A stretch of 64,000 bases of DNA from the NCBI RefSeq assembly GCF_009914755.1, contig NC_060937.1. One strand, given 5' to 3'. Below are positions 1-19,150 of the stretch, piece by piece (position 1 is the first letter of the stretch; each line of letters begins with the position of its first letter). This stretch comes from the human T2T-CHM13v2.0 reference genome, Homo sapiens. The position numbers and the translations under genes were made by a program. The notes below the pieces were generated by a model. It searched no databases and was not told the DNA's origin. It was given only the letters and a program-made list of their open reading frames with translations.

Positions 1-170
1 TGAGTGGTTGGGATTACAGACACACACCACCATGCTTGGCCAATTAAAAAAAATTTTTTTTTTGTAGAGATGGGGTCTTGCTACATTGTCCAGGCTGGTC
101 TTGAACTCCTAGGCTCAAGCAATCCTCCCACCTTGACCTCCCAAAGTGGCATTAGCCACAACCCCCAGCC
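1..170 (-). mobile_element. Alu fragment (old, AluJ-like), cut by window edge
   Basis: gtagagatggggtcttgctacattgtccaggctggtcttgaactcctaggctcaagcaatcctcccacc...cccaaagtg is a reverse Alu left arm. Confidence 0.85.
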
Positions 171-171
171 T

Positions 172-905
172 ATTTTCAGGTTTTTGAGAACCTTCCATAC
201 TGTTTTCCATAGTGGCTATACTAATTTCCATGCCCACCAAGTGTGTAAAAGTTCCTCATTCTCTATGTTCTCACCAATGTTTGTTACTTTTTGTCTTTTT
301 GATGATGACCATTTTAACTGGGATGAGATGACCTCAGTGTGGTTTTGATTTGCATTTCCCTGATGATTACTGATGTTGAACATTTTTTATATACCTGGTG
401 GCCATTTGTATATCTTTTCTGAGGGTTGTCTATTCAGCTCATTTGTTCATTTATTAATTGAATTATTTTGATGTTTACTGTTGAGTTGTTTAAGTTCTTT
501 TTATATCCTGGATATTAATCTCTTGTTGGATGAATCATTTGCAATTTTTTTCTCCCATTCTGTAGGTTGTATCTTCAGCCTGTTGATTGTCCCATTTACT
601 GTGCAGAAGCTTTTTAGTTTTACATAATTCTGTTTGTATATTTTTGCTTTTGTTGCCTGTGCTTTTGAGGTATTCGCCATAAAATCTTTGCCCAGACCAA
701 TGTCCCGAAGTATTTCTCCTATTTTTTCTTCTAGTATTTTCATAGTTTCAAGTTTTACATTAAAGTCTTTAATTTATTTTGAGTTTATTTTTATATATGG
801 TGATGGGGTCTAGTTTCATTTTTCTGCATATGGATGTATAGTTTCTTAATATCATTTAATGAAGAGACTTGCATTTTACCTAATGAATGTCCTTGGCATC
901 TTTGT
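172..905 (-). mobile_element. LINE-1 ORF2 3' fragment (older L1PB/L1MA-type)
   Basis: ORF 501..743(-) KILEEKIGEILRDIGLGKDFM...KLKSFCT matches the L1 ORF2p C-terminal region. Confidence 0.85.
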
Positions 906-1538
906 CTTACATGTAATATTCTGTTGACAATTGAAAGGATGCATAAGTATTTTAGATACCAGGCATATAAATAACAAAAATATTTTATGAAAGTCGTTTC
1001 TTATTTCCTTTTTAAAAAAGATACGTTTGTTAAGAACTGTATGCATCATGCAGTATTCTTAGGGCTTTGTATATTCAACTTCTGATGCTCAAGGAAGCTG
1101 TAGTTTAGAGAAATTAAGTAACCCCCACACCCCTAGTCATACAACTTCTTTGTAGCAGGAATCAACCTAAGCCTGTTGGCCTTTAAAACCTATAGACTTA
1201 ACTTCTGCTATTTAAATATTCTTACTTCGATGGAAGCCAATTAATTGCATTTTACTGAAGTTACCTTGATTGAAAAATATGACTTAGAGACTTAGTTATT
1301 CTTGCTAGTTACCTTACATATAGTTTCCCAACTCCCCTACAGTAATTCTGAGGTCTGTTTACACTTGTCCCTCTTAGGGGTTTCAGATGCAGGCGAAGAG
1401 CTAATGCCCTGTCCTAAACATGTTTGAGGTATATGATCCACTCCTATAATATTGATTTCCTGTAAGTTCATAATGATCATTGAGATCAGTGTGATAACAA
1501 TGGAAAGTGTTGCGGATTTAGTGCTAATGAGTATATGT

Positions 1539-1565
1539 GTACACACATACACACACACACACACA
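1539..1565. repeat. (CA)n microsatellite
   Basis: tacacacatacacacacacacacaca. Confidence 0.9.
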
Positions 1566-4506
1566 AAACATGCTATTCAGTGCTGTGTAAAAGAAAGGCT
1601 CTCAAGTATTCCTGAAACTTAGTTTTAGTCATGTAGTGGTTCTTCCTCTCAAAATTTTTATGAAAAGTTTTTCTGCTGTTCATATGTCAAATACAAAATC
1701 TCTTCAGTGCATTGATCCATATAATTTTACACTAATAGTGGGGCTGTACCTGTTGACTTTTCTAACTGGCTTGCACTGTTGTAGCAAATAGGAAAATACT
1801 TGCAGCTGCAAATATTGATTTGAAGATGAATTCTTGTCAATATGCCCTCTGATTCTGTCATATTGGTATGATGCGTTGTAGAAAATAAAATTCCTTTATT
1901 CAGACTAAGGTACAGAAGGATTTCTAGTAGTTGTATAAAAAATGAGTAACTGATACATTATTATTTGAGTTCCTCTCTACCTAAGGAAAAACATTCCCTG
2001 GGAATAGGCTGCTACTCAGTAGGCTAAAGAAACTCTACTTGTGTCATAAAAATTAATTTTGCTTCTTGAAAAATAAATTGTTATTGATTTCACACATTTA
2101 GGGATTTCTGGTCATACTGTAATTTGATAATATAAGTAGCTTGTTAACATCATCAAAATGTGTTTGTTGAGCACTTTGATGATGTGTACATGTGCCAGAC
2201 AGAGCTGTTCTACCATGTTCTCCCTGCCTTCCTCCAGTCCTCTCAAGTATCATTTTCTCTTTCTGTGCACATCTTTAGTGAAGAAAATGAGGAAGACCTT
2301 GCTAAAATAAAATATTCAGTCTTAGGAAAAAACAAAGTAAGAAATAGGGTCACTTGATGGCTACTGGAATTGTGGTCCTAGGTGATTTGTGAGCTTATTC
2401 TTACTGTAGCATATGATATGCATTCCTTTAATGTAAATAACTCTAAAAGCATGTTATTTTCCAGTAATGAAAGAATCATGGTGCCTCATAAGCTCTTGTT
2501 CACTTGGGAGTGTTCAGGAATCTCCCAGATTTGACACCAGAAGAGGCAAGGTCAAAGCAATTAGGCTGCACTGGTATCTTCAGTGAAGATGCCCTTACTG
2601 CCCTGTGCTGACCGTGGTCTCCCCAAGGCTGAGTCTAGATTGCTGTCACACTGTCAACTTATTTGTCATTGTGAAGCCAACAGGGAAGTGGCAATTAGTT
2701 TGGGGGTAGAAGAGTTTGTAGGAGAATAGAAGCATTTAAAAGAATCTTTGTGGGAGAATAATAAAGATAATAAATATGAGCTCCATTTCTTTGCATGAGA
2801 TCAGAGAGACAGGAAAATATAATGGAGATGATGTATACAATTTCTGGTTGAAGGATCTGTCTACTTCATCATTTGGAGAGCCACATGAGTGCATGTCTTA
2901 GATGGTCTGTCTGCTGTTCTTTCTGGCCAGAAGAAGGAAAGCCAGGAAGCACTGGGAATCACAGGCTGTGACACCAAAGTCAACTCTCAGACATCCCGGG
3001 ACTAAGGATCGGTGAACATTTGGATGGGCCTCCATTTGTTCAACATATATTAATTGCATACCCTCTTCAAGCTGAACGCTTTGTTAGATACCTGGGGAAA
3101 TCATGGTGAATAAGGTGGACACAGTCCTTGTCCCTGTGGAGCTGATGGGGGTCACAGGAGAGAGCAACATGAAACTTGTACTTACACACCTAATTATTGA
3201 GTTACGTTTATGCTAAGTGCTGTGAAAGGGAAATGAGTGTCCCAGAAGGCCATATGGTGCAGAGACATAACATAGTGCACAGAAAACATGCTGGCAGAGA
3301 CCTGAAGTTTCCATAGAAGTGGCCGGTGATGATGGGGAACTGCATTCCATTCAGGTTAATGACATGAGTTGTTTCTTTGTAAAGCTAGAGGTTTCTCAAG
3401 CCTTGCTCCCCTTGAAATCTTGAACTACGGCTGCTAACAATTAGATACCTTGTAAATTTGAAAATATATGCTCCCCCATTTTTTTCCAAGCCCTCTATGG
3501 AGAAACTTGCAAGCTGTGAAATGGTCTAAAGACAGCATGAAAAAAAAAATTGCACAGAAAATTCACAGCAGTTTAATTAGTCTCTAATTTTACTGGGCAG
3601 TCCAGTAAAATTCATTGGAACAATTTGAATTTTGGAGGGGGGGGCACTTGATTTTAAAACCCTAATAACCTCATCCTCTATTACAAATTAAGTGGCTCAG
3701 GGTGCTATTTAGCTATTGTCATTGAAATGTCACAGAAGAATCCAAGTAAGGGAAAAGATCCATTTATCTTTCTCTGCTATGCCTTTTAAATGCTTTCATC
3801 AAAACAATAGCAAGAATAATATTTTAGGTAATTTTAGATAATATGGAAGACATTACAGGACATACCTATAGTGCCAGAAGAGAATTTATAACACTCTTGT
3901 GACCCACCTTAATATTAAGCCCCCTGTAGGCTGGTCTGAAACCTTTTGTGGATGCTCTTCAAAAGTAGGACACTAAAACCCTAATTTTCATTTAAGAGCA
4001 TATACACATATTGTATTTAAAATGTTGCACACCTGGTATTTTGCCCACCCTGCTTGTCAGCCTTGAGGAGCTATGGGAGCTTGTCCAACAGTAATTAATG
4101 CAGATGGTCTTTTGGAGCTGAGTTTTCCATTGTGATTTTCAACATTTGTATGTTTCAGAAATCTGCCTACTGTACTATAAATGCATTCTTATGCAAATTG
4201 CTACCATCATATGGCCCAATTTCTTAGTATGAGGAGCATGAAACTTTTAATTACATGTCACTGTTTTAAAACTTTCCATTTCTTTTCAGACTTATATATT
4301 CTACTAGCTATATTACATTGAAGAAATGCCAAATACTAAGAGTAGTATTTGATGTGTTTGAAGTGAAGTCTTCAAGGGGTGTATTATTTGAAGACAGTAG
4401 TTCTTCATGGGGTGTAGTAAAAGACGCAAGAATAAGAAGGAAATGAATGCAACCTAATTCATCCATGGCTGGATTCACTAGCACAGAGCTTATCATCCAT
4501 AGGCTT

Positions 4507-4622
4507 TATCTTAGTCTATTCAAGCCACTATAAAAAAATTAAGACTGAGCGGCTTATAAACAACGAACATTTATTTTTCACAGTTCTGGAGGCTGGAACA
4601 TCCAAGATCAAGACACTGGAAG
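4507..4622 (-). mobile_element. MaLR LTR fragment (MLT1A/MST-like)
   Basis: tatcttagtctattc...ggcttataaacaac...cacagttctggaggctgg...ccaagatcaag is the typical reverse MLT1 end. Confidence 0.7.
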
Positions 4623-5224
4623 AAGGAAACAAATGCCAGTCATCAATTCTGTAAGATAACTGGAGAAGAGTGACATATTTATTTGGCATTGCAGAGCCTT
4701 CACATCTTTCATCTTTAACCCACCAGTCAGCAAATTTCTGTTGAGAACCACTTTGGGCCCACACTTTGCTAATCAATAGTCACCCAACCAGCCTAGCTGA
4801 TGTGAGGGATGAGGGGAAAGCCCTCCAGCTTGCCCCCCACCCCGAACTGTTGGTGGTAGCCTTTCATCTTTCAAATGCCAGCCTGGGCCTGTTATTCTCT
4901 TGCCTAGGACCCTGCAGCAGCTCTCATTGCCCTTTTGTGTAGGCCTGGAATGGGGTGATTCTGATGGTGATGGCCCTCTTTACACAGCTGCTGTGGCCCA
5001 GAGTCACCCAGCAGAGGCCCAGCCTGCCTTAGCTGCCAGCATGCACTGCTTTGTGCCTACAACCTGGGAAAAACATGGCAAGTTGTAGACTCTTTTTTAA
5101 AGAGTGGTCTACACATTTTTGGGTTAAAAGCCACGTTGGACATATTTCTTTCTCTACATGATTTGCATTCAAAGGAATGGAACAACTTTATTAATAATCT
5201 ACAGTGTGAATTGTTAGTTTCTAT

Positions 5225-5365
5225 CACAGAATTTGGATGGCATGGGGAACAAGGAATGAGCTTTGAAGTTAGACCGAGATTACCACTAATTGCTGTGTGA
5301 CCCTGATTCAATTATTTAACTTCTCTGATCCTTGAATTCCTCATTGGAAAAAGGAAAATAACACC
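5225..5365 (+). mobile_element. MIR SINE
   Basis: gctttgaagttagac...taccactaattgctgtgtgaccctg...ttatttaacttctctg MIR core. Confidence 0.6.
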
Positions 5366-5421
5366 AACTTCATTTGTTAATGACTGGATACACTAGTACA
5401 GTGCGTATAATCCATAGGTTT

Positions 5422-5734
5422 TATCTTAGTCTGTTCAGGCTGCTTTAATAAAATACCATCAACTGGGTGGCTTATAAACAATAAACATTTATTTCTAATA
5501 ATTATGGCTGGGAATTCCAAGATGAAGGCATGGGAAGATTTAATATCTGGTAAGAGACCATTCCTCATAGATGGTGCCTTCTTGCTGTGTCCTCACCTGG
5601 TAGAAGGTGCAAATGAGCTTTTGGGGGCCTATTTTATAAAAGCACTAATCCCATTCCTGAGGGATTCACTCTCATGATTTAATCACCTCCCAAAGGCCCC
5701 ACCTTCCATACCATCACATTAGAAATTGGATTTC
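5422..5734 (-). mobile_element. MaLR LTR (MLT1A-like), first part; split by an L1 and resuming at ~13314-13357
   Basis: MLT1 sequence ends at ccatcacattagaaattggatttc and resumes aacatgtgaatttttgagtgacacaaacattcagacc after the L1. Confidence 0.8.
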
Positions 5735-13299
<7,565 letters not shown>

Positions 13300-13444
13300 A
13301 AAATTTAGATTTCAACATGTGAATTTTTGAGTGACACAAACATTCAGACCACATAGTAGGTTCTAAATAAATATTTATAATAATATTGCTAAGAAATACC
13401 ATTTTGCATGCTTAATAAGGGCCCAGCATTATGCTAAGCACTTA

Positions 13445-13800
13445 TTTTTAATTTTTGTGTGTACATAGTAGGTGTATATATTTATGGGGTACATGCCATG
13501 TTTTGATACAGGCATACAATGTGCAATGGTCACATCAGGGTAAATGAGGTCTCCATCACCTCAAGCATTTATCCTTTCTTTATGTTACAAACAATTCAGT
13601 TATCCTCTTTTCATTATTTTTAAATATACAAAAAATTATTGTTGACAGTAGTCACCCTGTTGTCCTATCAAATACTAGATCCTATTTATTCTATCTAACT
13701 ATATTTTTGTATCCATTAATCATCCCCAATTGCCTGCAACCCCACTACCCTTCCCAGCCTCTGGTAACCTTCATTCTGTTCTCTATCTCCATGAGTTCAG
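13445..13800 (-). mobile_element. L1MA-type 3' end fragment
   Basis: gtacatagtaggtgtatatatttatggggtacat...ttcccagcctctggtaac is a reverse L1MA 3'UTR. Confidence 0.8.
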
Positions 13801-13809
13801 TTGTGTTAG

Positions 13810-13995
13810 TTTTATGCTAAGCGCTCTTAATCCACAGTCCCATTTTATTCTCACAATAACCTTGTGGAGTAGCTACTGTTGTCACCTATTTTACACAGGA
13901 GGAAACAAATGCTCAGAGAGTTCAAGTAACCTGCCTCAGGTCACACAGCTAAGGACACAGTAAAGCTGAATGTCTGGGCCCTTAATCATATGCTG
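13810..13995 (-). mobile_element. MIR SINE
   Basis: ctcacaataaccttgtg...attttacacaggaggaaac...gctcagagagttcaagtaacctgcctcaggtcacacagct. Confidence 0.7.
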
Positions 13996-14149
13996 AACAA
14001 CCTCTTCATTGTGTCTTTTACCTAATTCCACCTCCAACTTGAAAATAATTGATATTCGTAATTACCACTTCTACTTTTTAGTGGCTACTGTCTCAACTGT
14101 GAATTATGATTTAAACAACTAAGTTAGTATTTAGTTTACACTTGGAAAA

Positions 14150-15070
14150 AATAGTGTAGATGAATATTATGAAAGATGATAAAGCTTTAAAAAGGTTACA
14201 TATTGCAACCCTTACAAGTGAGTGCACAAAAAGGCAGACAAAAAAGGAACAAAAAGATTTGGTCAACACTCCACAAAAGTAAAAAAATCAAATAGCCAAT
14301 AAGCATATTTAAATAGTGCTGACCATCATCAGTAATCAGAAGAATGCAATTCAAATCACAGCGAGGTGTATATCCATTAGAATGGTGACATTTTAAAAAT
14401 CTGACCTTTTAAATATTAGTGAAGATGTACATGGGGAACTCTCATACAGTGCTGGTGGGAAAGGAGAAATTGACACAGCCACTTTGGGAAATAATTTAGT
14501 GTTGTCTAGTAAACTTCCATGTGTGCCATAATTTAGGGTTTCTGCTCATAGATATATGAGAAATTCATACATGTGTATCTAGAGACATGGACAAGCCTGT
14601 TCAAAGCAGCATTGTTCATAATGGCCAAAAACTAGAAGTGGGAGCAACTCAAACTTTCATTGATGTTAGAATAAATGAATCTATTGTGATGTATGCACAC
14701 AATGGATCATTATTTGTCAATGCAAATGATGAACTGGGGCTACATGTGGATGAAAATTACAAGTACAATGTGTAGTAGAAATTGCAAGACCACAGAATCC
14801 AGACAGTGTGGTTTCATCCACGTCAAGTTTGTAAACAGACTTCAGGATATTGTTACCGCCACAGGTGAAGTGGTAAAACTATGAGGAAAAGCAAGACATG
14901 ATCACTACAGACATCTTGACAGTTGTTTCCTCGAATGGAAAGGCGGGGTTGAGACCTGACATCCCTCTGGCTGCCAGTGATCTTCTATTCCCACTCCTCA
15001 CCTGGGTAACAATTGCATGGATGTTTGTTTTATAATTATGTGTTAAACTGCACAGATAAGTGTTAAGTAT
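14150..15070 (+). mobile_element. Ancient L1M (L1ME-like) 3' region
   Basis: Decayed L1 3' motifs (aatagccaataagcata, gcagcattgttcataatggccaaaaactagaa). Confidence 0.65.
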
Positions 15071-15689
15071 TGTATTTTATAATAGATATGTTTAAAACTA
15101 TATTATAGTAGTTGATTAAGAAAAATATGTGAATGAATATGTATAATTTGGTTTGAAATAATGCATTTAAATGGTTATGGCTGGTTGAGAATATGATGCA
15201 AATGAAGAAAAAGTGTATTTTTTGTACTTCTCTCTAATGAATACGTGTCCTTTTATAAGAAAGGAAATAACTTATCTTAATACTTATGTACCTTGGATGG
15301 CTGAGTCTCAATCTGACATCCTAGCCAGATAACTTAGTTTAAACCATAAGCAATAGAAGCCAAAGACAGTTTAACATATTGTTTACTTTCTATTTGTTTA
15401 TTAGTCATTGTTTCCATTCAGTGGCAACTTCAATCACAAAGTTTCCCATTTATAAAAAAGAAGGCAAAAAATTGTTCAATTACTAACTAATCAAAGGTAG
15501 TCTCATTTAGCTTCCAATTGGAGTTTCAGGGGAGTTCAGACTCACTGGAGGGAAACTTAGTAAGAATATTTGCCTTGGTCTAGTGAAGTGGGACATCATA
15601 GAGGGCTAGAGACAATGTAGGCTGGGCTCAAAAACAAACCTCCAGCCTCATTCCCTACCCTGCTCTCCCTGACCTGCTGTCCCTTCACT

Positions 15690-16040
15690 CCGGTACCTTT
15701 GCACGTGATCACTGCCCCCACATCCCTCCAACCCCACTGCTCTGCAGCGCCCTTGCCCTCTTGACAAGTCTCGCATACTTCATGTCTCAGCTCAAACATA
15801 ACCTTCTTCACTGAAGCCTTACCTGGCTCCTCCTCCATGCTCCCAGAGAGAAATCTTTGCCCAAACCTCTGGGCTGGTGCTTGCTACAATATCTTGTCAT
15901 TACTTATTTACATGTCCCACTAATTGGTGAATTCCTAGAGCTGAGGATTCTGTCTTTTCACTTTGAAATCTCCAACAGCTAATACCATATCAAGTACGAT
16001 GTAGCCAACCAATAAATATATGATAAATGAATGAATAAAG
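15690..16040 (+). mobile_element. L2 3' fragment
   Basis: ctcagctcaaacataaccttc...aataaatatatgataaatgaatgaat L2 tail. Confidence 0.55.
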
Positions 16041-16684
16041 GAATGCTTGAGCTCTTTCAAGAAAATGATATCTCCAAAAATTTTTAAAAGGATGAGGCAG
16101 GCTTTCAAGTAAAACTACAGGATCTAATATGAGGACACTTAATACTAAATAGACTACATTAGGGATTTTTAAATTTATATGGGGAGAATGTTAGCTTTAA
16201 AAAGGGCACAATTTTATTGTGCTTTTGAATTAATGGTGAAAATAAATTATTGGGTAGAAAGAGACAAATAATCCAGATCATTTCTTTTATTTGGCTTAAT
16301 GAAAACTGCCACAGTGAATAAAATTCAAACATCTACCTGTGTAGCTTTAAAAATGCAAAGTATTTATTACCACTAGTTACTTATTCACATGCTCTCAGTA
16401 TCTAATAGATCATGCAAAGTCCTGATTCCCCAAGAGAACTGGATTATTTTCTTCCTACAAATCCATCATATTCAGAGCTTTACTCATTTTGTTTCAAGCA
16501 GTATGTACAGGGATTTCTCATTAATCATTTACAACATGCCTGTTTATTATGTGGGGATAGAGAGGTACTAGGAAGAAACAAGAAAGATAAAAAGCTATTT
16601 CAAAATGTCAGGAATTCACCTAATCTCAAGGTTCATGTTATTTTCCATGGGGGAAGAATGTGATTAGTTAGTAATAATAACCAA

Positions 16685-17200
16685 CTCATTTATTTACAAA
16701 TATTTACTGAGTGGGCAATGCTTGTGAAGTGTATTGTCTAATGGGGAATATGGACAGGTGAGAAGGCATTCAACCCATAGTGTAGTAAAGCTGTGGCCCC
16801 AGAGCATTAGAACAGCAGGCTGAGGTGTGAAGGATGTGTTGGAGTAGAGGGAGGAGGCTGCTGCAGAGCTCTCCCTACAGGAGGCATGGCACTGGTGTGA
16901 ATTACGAAGTTGCAGTGACTGTGGAAAAAAAAAGTGGACTAGATTTAAGACAGACAACAAGATGTATATTTCAAAAGATTTGGCATTTTATTGAGCATAA
17001 AGAAGTGAGAGAGGGAGGAGATGAAGGCAAGATCATTATTTATGGCTTGGGCAAAAAAGCACATTTACCAAGTTAGGGAAGCTAAAAATGAAAAGAGGTT
17101 TTGTTAGGTGACAGTGAGTTCAATTTTGGACATATGGAGTGTGATGTGCATGGGAGATATCCGAAGAGAAACATTCATCTATAGGTTGGAGATTATATAG
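16685..17200 (-). mobile_element. L2 fragment
   Basis: tcatttatttacaaatatttactgagtg...gagttcaattttggacatatggagtgtga. Confidence 0.55.
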
Positions 17201-17269
17201 AGAGATAAGATGTATAATAAGATATATGTCTACATGTATATGTGTATACACATATATGGAACACAAATA

Positions 17270-17720
17270 TTAGGAGTTCCATAAAAACAACAGAGAAATC
17301 AGAGGAGAGGTAATTATGAAGCAACATATCAAGAAAATTTCCCAGAACTGCAGAATGAGAGTTTACAGATTAAAAGGCCCCCTAAGTGTCCAGCATAATG
17401 GATACAAAAAGATCCAGAGCAAGACACATCAGCATGAAATTTTACAACGCTGGGGAAAAGGAGAAGGCACCAAGAACTTCCCAAGAGAGCAGACAGATCA
17501 CACACAAAAGGCTGAGATTTAGAATAGCATCAGTAGGCTTATCAGTAGCAACCCTGGAAGTTAAAAGAGAAATGCCTTAGCATTTCTGGGGGAAATGACT
17601 GCCATGTGCCACGTTAAAATTCCGCACTCAGCCAAGCAACCAGTTGGATGAAGAAATCTTCAGCTTTGGAAGCTGTCAGGTAATTTACCTCATGTATACC
17701 TTTCTTCAGGAACTTAAAAA
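17270..17720 (+). mobile_element. Ancient L1M ORF1 fragment
   Basis: gaaaatttcccagaactg...agcaaccctggaagttaaaaga; ORF 17386 RHISMKFYNAGEKEK resembles ORF1p. Confidence 0.6.
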
Positions 17721-18459
17721 AAAATGTGCTCTACCAAAGTAAGGAAGCAGACCAAGAAAGAGGAAGGCATAGGAACCTGAAGTAGGAAGAAAGCAAAGGA
17801 ATTTCCCAGAATGATGATGTGACTCAAATAACAGCCATGCCACAGCCCTAGAAATGACCAGTCTAGAATGAAATGGAGAATTGAGGGCTCCAGGAAGAAT
17901 GGCTCTAAGAAAACAAAACCACACTGAGGTATAACCTTACATGTCATAATTGTGAGAGGAAAGTTATATGCTGATGGAGAACTTGTGGGAGAATTAGCAA
18001 TATATACATAGAAAACTGAGCAAACAAAAACCAAGGCAGCTATTAAACCCAGGGAAAACAAAAGTCAGACAAGAAGATGGTTCAGTTGTAAATAATATTT
18101 ATATTTGGTTTAAACAAGGTGAACTGAATTTTGACGTAACCAAAAATGGTACAACTGTATTGCAATGATGGGGGAGGTAGTGTGGAAGGGAGCCTGCAGA
18201 GAAAGAAAATTGTCATTTGCTGTAATAAGAAGTTACTGAAATATATGTAAAATGTAAATATCAAGAAGTAGCATTATAAACATGTTACTTATATCTATGG
18301 AGATGAATAGAGAAAACAGCTTAAAATGTGGAAGTGATGAGTATGAAAGCGTATGGAGGGATAAGACAAGATACTACTGGGTGGTTTTTGTTGTTGTTTA
18401 AAACCTTGCAGAATGACCTTTCAGAAAGGTATCAGTACAGAACTTTGTTTTAAAAAATA

Positions 18460-19150
18460 GTTTTCTACCATATGATCTAGCAGTTCTACTACTGGGTATA
18501 TATCCAAAGGAAAGGAGATCAGAACATTGTAGAGGTATCTGGACTCTTGTGTTTATTGCAACACTATTCACAATAGCCAAGATGTTGAATCAACCTTGTC
18601 CATCAACAGATGAATGAATAAAGAAAACGTGGTACATATACACAATGGAATACCATTCATCCATTAAAAAGAATCGAGTTTTATCATTTATGGCAACATG
18701 GATGAGCTTGGAGGACATTATGTTAAGTGAAATAAGCCAGGCACGGAAAGCCAGATATCACATGTTCTCACTTATATGTGGAATCTAAAAAAGTTGATCT
18801 CTTAGAACTAGAGAATAGAATAGTGGGTACTAGAAATTGGGAAGGGTAGGGAGGAGAGACAATAAGAGATGAGTTAATGAATGCAAAATTACAGTTAGAA
18901 GGAATCAGTTCTAGTGTTCTATAAAACTGTAGGGTGACTCTAGTTAATTATACACTATTGCATATTTTCAAGTAGCTAGAAGAGAGGATCTGGCATGGTC
19001 CCAACACAAAGAAATGATCTATGTGTGAGGTGATGGGTATGCTAGTTATCCCAATTTGATCACCGCATATTGTTTACATGTTCCAAAATATCACTCTGTA
19101 CCCCATACATATGTACAATTACTATGTGCCAATTAGAATAATAAAAATCA
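18460..19150 (+). mobile_element. L1MA 3' end
   Basis: ctaccatatgatctagcagttctactactgggtatatatccaaagg...tcactctgtaccccatac, A-rich end. Confidence 0.85.
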
